DNA from: an uncultured Desulfobacter sp.
GTDB taxonomy: Bacteria > Desulfobacterota > Desulfobacteria > Desulfobacterales > Desulfobacteraceae
Assembly: GCA_963665095.1 (NCBI GenBank)
Contig: OY762069.1
Coordinates: 6,304,001-6,368,000 of the forward strand
DNA: 64,000 nt
Direction: 5' to 3'
The notes under the pieces: generated by a model
The model's input: only the letters and a program-made list of their open reading frames with translations
What the model was told of the DNA's origin: nothing
The model's database searches: none
Translations under genes and position numbers: made by a program
Shown here: piece after piece, positions 59,994 through 64,000 of the stretch
Numbering within the stretch: position 1 is the stretch's first letter
How the letters are laid out: each line of letters opens with the position of its first letter

Positions 59994-61445
59994 ATGGTTA
60001 CTGATTTTAAAAAGCCCTTGGGCGGCACATTGCAGTTGGTGGATGAAACACTGCGTGATGGTACTCAAAGCCTGTGGGGCATGATGATGAGCTACCACAT
60101 GATGGAGCCGGTCATCAATGAAATGGCCCAGGCCGGCTATTATTCCGTCAATCTTCCGGTGCATGTGGCCCAGCCTTTGATCAGCGTTCGTTTCTTTAAA
60201 GAAGACCCCCGGTATCTGTTCCAGATGTTCAAAGACAAACTGGACAAACTGGACACGAAAACCAAGATTATCATAGTTTCCATGGGCATGGCCCTGGACA
60301 TCACGGGAACGGTTGAGAACACAACCATGGTAAGACTGGTCACCAGGCAACTGAAACAATGGCTGCCCAACATCAGTCAGTATCAGTTGATGTGCGGGGT
60401 AGGCGACGAGATTAAAAACACTTTTCCGATTCTGGTGCCAATGCTTCGCTCCCTGGAGATGGAGCCGATCCCCTATCTGGCCATCGGTCACAGTCCCCGT
60501 CATACTGATGAATTTTACGCCAGCAGGGTAAAACATCTTGTTGATACATATAAGCCCATAAGTATCTGCCTTAAGGATGTTGACGGATTGCTGGTTTCGG
60601 ATCGTCTGCGGACACTTATTCCTGCCGTACAGAAAGTCGCCGGGAATACCCCCCTTGAACTCCATATGCACGGCATGAACGGCCAGAATACGTATAATGC
60701 CGTGGTGGCCATGCAGATGGGTATCCGGAAATTTACCACCTGCTGCCCGCCCCTGGCCTACGGCTCTTCCCATCCGTCGGTTTTCAATCTGATCCATAAT
60801 GCGGAGCAGCTTGGCATAAACCACACCATGGACAGGGAAAAGCTTAATATCATAGAGGAACGTCTCACGAAAATTGGCTCAGCCTTTGGGCACCCTGTGG
60901 ATAATCATCCCATGCCCTTTGATCTGTTTTGCTACAAACACCAGGTGCCCGGAGGCGTGATCTCCAACCTCACCACACAGTTGACCCAACTGGGGATTAT
61001 GGACAAGCTGCAGGAGGTGCTGGAGGAAATTCCTCGTATTCTGGTTGATCTGGGTCATCCTGTTATGATTACCCCGTTCTCTCAGTATATTGTCGCCCAG
61101 GCGGTTCTGAATGTGCAGATAGGCCGCTGGGAACAGTGCCTTGACACCATGGTTGAGTTTGCCGCCGGTATTTTCGGGGTTGAAGAGGCAGGCGTTCCTT
61201 ATATGGATCAGAATCTGCGGGATAAACTTTTAAGCCTTCCCCAGGCCAAAAAGATTAAAGAAAAAGCAGATAACCTCATGGAGTACATCCATTCGGAACC
61301 CTCCGTGGAAGAGTGCAAGAAAAGATTTGGTCTATCCCCCAATGATTCAGATGAAGATCTTGTCATGAGAGTCCTTCTGCATGGCGGCGAAGAGATGAAG
61401 CACATCACCCCTGGTGGACCTGATGCGTATAAAAAATATTTATAG
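59994..61445 (+). CDS. pyruvate-carboxylase/OadA-type carboxyltransferase (divergent, no biotin domain)
   Basis: DETLRDGTQSL, ICLKD, ELHMH, HQVPGG.ISNL, PVMITPFSQ. Confidence 0.88.
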   Translation: MVTDFKKPLGGTLQLVDETLRDGTQSLWGMMMSYHMMEPVINEMAQAGYYSVNLPVHVAQPLISVRFFKEDPRYLFQMFKDKLDKLDTKTKIIIVSMGMALDITGTVENTTMVRLVTRQLKQWLPNISQYQLMCGVGDEIKNTFPILVPMLRSLEMEPIPYLAIGHSPRHTDEFYASRVKHLVDTYKPISICLKDVDGLLVSDRLRTLIPAVQKVAGNTPLELHMHGMNGQNTYNAVVAMQMGIRKFTTCCPPLAYGSSHPSVFNLIHNAEQLGINHTMDREKLNIIEERLTKIGSAFGHPVDNHPMPFDLFCYKHQVPGGVISNLTTQLTQLGIMDKLQEVLEEIPRILVDLGHPVMITPFSQYIVAQAVLNVQIGRWEQCLDTMVEFAAGIFGVEEAGVPYMDQNLRDKLLSLPQAKKIKEKADNLMEYIHSEPSVEECKKRFGLSPNDSDEDLVMRVLLHGGEEMKHITPGGPDAYKKYL

Positions 61446-61474
61446 ACAGAAACACAACAAGGAGATCAACGGTT

Positions 61475-61741
61475 ATGAGTGAAGTCAACGAAGACGGTTT
61501 AGTGCCCATTGAAGCGTCGGTAAGCAGTGTTTTTTATCGCAGGCCCAGTCCTGGCGAACCCCCTTTTGTTGAGGAAGGCGATAAAGTTGATGAAGATACC
61601 ATCATCTGTTTACTGGAGATAATGAAGTGTTTTCGTTCCATCAGCGCCGGTGTCAAAGGGACAGTAGAAAAGGTCCTGGTGGAGAGCGGGGTCCTGGTAC
61701 AGAAAGGAGAGCCGGTAATGCTTATCAGGCCGGCAGACTAA
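61475..61741 (+). CDS. stand-alone biotin carboxyl carrier protein
   Basis: FYRRPSPGEPPFVEEGD, EIMK biotinylation site. Confidence 0.92.
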   Translation: MSEVNEDGLVPIEASVSSVFYRRPSPGEPPFVEEGDKVDEDTIICLLEIMKCFRSISAGVKGTVEKVLVESGVLVQKGEPVMLIRPAD

Positions 61742-61865
61742 CCCCGAAAGCTAAAAGGTGTGAACTGATGGCCACGAACACTGGCCATCAGTTCATCAGA
61801 AAAACTGACATTAAGTTAAGGTTGGATGCGAAATTTCTTTTAGAAATGACGAGGTGAATAATTTA

Positions 61866-63230
61866 ATGAAAAAAAGAAAAATACTTATTGCCAACAGGGG
61901 TGAGATTGCCGTCCGCATTATCAAAGCCTGTAAGGAAATTGGCATTCAGACGGTGTTGGTTGTTTCAGAAGCTGATACCCAGAGTATGGGAGCTAAGCTT
62001 GCGGACGAGGTTGTCTGTATCGGGCCGCCCCAGTTTCATTTGAGTTATCTTGATATACAAAAAATTATAACAACGGCTCTGGAGACCGGTGCCGATGCCA
62101 TTCATCCAGGCTATGGCTTCCTTGCTGAAAACCCTGAACTGCCTGAAGCCTGTGAAAAAAACGGGATCATCTTTATTGGACCCAACGCCAGGACAATGAG
62201 GCAACTGGGGGATAAAATAAGTGCAAGGGACCTGGCCTTTAAAAGCAAGGTTCCCATGGCGGTGGGCAGTGGTGGTCTTCACAGTTTCCAGGATGTGGAA
62301 GCACAGGTCGAAAAGTTGGGTTTCCCTGTGATATTTAAAGCCGCTGCCGGTGGCGGCGGGCGTGGAATGCGTGTTGTCTTGGAGCCAAAAGATTTAAAAC
62401 CTGCCTTTGATATGGCGTCAAATGAAGCGTTGCAGGCGTTTGGTGATGCCACGCTATTTGTGGAGCGGTATGTCCAGAATGCCAGGCATGTGGAGGCACA
62501 GGTGATTGCAGATAATTTTGGGAAAGTCATCCATGTGGGCTTACGAGACTGTTCTCCCCAGCGGCATCACCAGAAAGTCATTGAAGAAGCATATCCCCAT
62601 GACCTGCCTGATGATTTAAGGAACAGCATCCTGGAATCGGCCGTAACGCTGATTTCCAGTATCGGCTACAATAATGCAGGTACTGTGGAGTTTCTGGTCG
62701 ATAAGGATCGCAATGAATTTTACTTTATGGAAGTCAACACCCGCATCCAGGTGGAACACCCTGTTACCGAGGAGATAACTGGTATTGACCTGGTAAAAGA
62801 GCAGATTCAGGTGGCCTTCGGGGACCCTCTTTCACTGAACCAGGAGGACGTGAAATTCAAGGGGCATGCCATTGAGTGCCGGATAACGGCAGAAGATACC
62901 AAAGATGATTTTATGCCCTGCCCCGGGATCATAGAAAAATTCGTTGTGCCTGACACAGATACAATACGGGTGGACACCCACTGCTATGAGGGGTACACCA
63001 TCAGCCCGTACTATGACTCTTTAATTGCCAAGCTCATTGTTAAAGGCGATACCCGGGAAGATGCACTGGAAAATATGAAAATCGCATTAAAGGGGATTGA
63101 GATAGAAGGCGTGGAGACGAATATACCTTTCCTGAATTTTATCATTGACCAGCCTGATTTTATTTCAGGCGATATCCATATTAAATGGATAGAAAACAAA
63201 GTGTTACCCAGTTTTCTGGCGTTAAACTAA
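61866..63230 (+). CDS. biotin carboxylase (AccC-like)
   Basis: ILIANRGEIA, IHPGYGFLAEN, KAAAGGGGRGM, RDCS.QR, EVNTRIQVEH, YYDSLIAK; start is 61866 or GTG 61854. Confidence 0.95.
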   Translation: MKKRKILIANRGEIAVRIIKACKEIGIQTVLVVSEADTQSMGAKLADEVVCIGPPQFHLSYLDIQKIITTALETGADAIHPGYGFLAENPELPEACEKNGIIFIGPNARTMRQLGDKISARDLAFKSKVPMAVGSGGLHSFQDVEAQVEKLGFPVIFKAAAGGGGRGMRVVLEPKDLKPAFDMASNEALQAFGDATLFVERYVQNARHVEAQVIADNFGKVIHVGLRDCSPQRHHQKVIEEAYPHDLPDDLRNSILESAVTLISSIGYNNAGTVEFLVDKDRNEFYFMEVNTRIQVEHPVTEEITGIDLVKEQIQVAFGDPLSLNQEDVKFKGHAIECRITAEDTKDDFMPCPGIIEKFVVPDTDTIRVDTHCYEGYTISPYYDSLIAKLIVKGDTREDALENMKIALKGIEIEGVETNIPFLNFIIDQPDFISGDIHIKWIENKVLPSFLALN

Positions 63231-63263
63231 AAATTTCCAAACAGGGTTCAGGCGGGGTGTCTT

Positions 63264-64000
63264 ATGGCTAAAGGGGTGAAGCGCCGTTACCGGCAGATTG
63301 AAAAAATTGAAGCAAAAGAAAATCACGGCACATACGGGCAATGGCGAAAGAATTTTTGCATCGAATATCAGGCGCTTCTTGCCCGGTCCCGGGATAATAC
63401 CTACAACGCGCTTCTGAAAAGGCTTGCTTTGAAAGGCGAGAAAATAACCTGCCACAAGGGGTGTACCCATTGCTGCTTTCACTATGTGGCGGTGCCGTTG
63501 GCACATGGTATGGTCATTGTGGATTACTTATATAAACAACGGCAGAAACTAAAACAGTTTATTCAGAGCTATGATAAATGGCGTCATCAAGGTCTGAATA
63601 TTTCAAACAGGATCGACCGGGAAAGAGCCCGGGCCTTTTCACTGTCCATGCCGGTTAACGACATAATCGCAGGTACCAGGCCCTTGTCGGCCCAGTACTT
63701 TGAAGCGAATATTACCTGCCCCTTTCTTGTAAATCAAACTTGTCTGATTTATAATATTCGACCGTTTCCCTGCTCAGGGCAATACTCCGTGACGCCTCCT
63801 GACTTGTGTGCCCCTGACATAGCAGATAAAGCGGTTATATATCAACTTGTACATGACGATGAAGATCTGATTAAATTCCTGGAACTGGCAGGGGCTGACC
63901 TTATGGTTAATGAAATGACGCTGCCAATAATGGTATACAGACTTCTTACCCAAGGGGCGTCATCTGTTCTGGATTCGTTAGATGTTCAAAACCGCGTTGG
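63264..64000 (+). CDS. YkgJ-family cysteine cluster protein (runs off the window end)
   Basis: Manual translation from ATG 63264: CHKGCTHCC and CPFLVNQTCLIYNIRPFPC; absent from the ORF track because there is no stop in the window. Confidence 0.82.
   Translation, partial: MAKGVKRRYRQIEKIEAKENHGTYGQWRKNFCIEYQALLARSRDNTYNALLKRLALKGEKITCHKGCTHCCFHYVAVPLAHGMVIVDYLYKQRQKLKQFIQSYDKWRHQGLNISNRIDRERARAFSLSMPVNDIIAGTRPLSAQYFEANITCPFLVNQTCLIYNIRPFPCSGQYSVTPPDLCAPDIADKAVIYQLVHDDEDLIKFLELAGADLMVNEMTLPIMVYRLLTQGASSVLDSLDVQNRV

Overview
A 64 kb chromosomal window from an anaerobic bacterium. Gene content and style suggest a Desulfobacteraceae-like sulfate reducer, which is my inference. It is mostly catabolic and accessory modules. 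In order: a chemoreceptor plus binding protein; metF; an Lrp-linked D-amino-acid/D-peptide salvage operon with a peptide ABC importer; an orphan GspN-GspC fusion; mtaD; a TetR / SCP2-like / glycyl-radical enzyme / activase operon; two sigma54-driven cytidylate-kinase-like paralogs; a TPP riboswitch over thiM and an NRAMP-like transporter; three secreted proteins sharing an uncharacterised ~95-aa domain, plus a relic copy; an MBOAT/SGNH O-acylation pair; a GntR-linked cluster with two divergent class I aldolases, an acyl-CoA ligase and a second peptide ABC importer; collapsed hcp and araC relics; an OYE/FadH-like reductase; and a sigma54 regulator over a split, divergent biotin-dependent carboxylase. 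The most unusual signal is non-coding: a ~145-nt minus-strand unit (about 19667-19812) with its own promoter, a 9-bp closing stem, 11 YUGA repeats and an intrinsic terminator, which resembles a protein-sponge sRNA. I saw no rRNA, tRNA, CRISPR array or intact transposase. All family calls come from motif recognition by eye, and several starts were shortened from the ORF track using RBS position.
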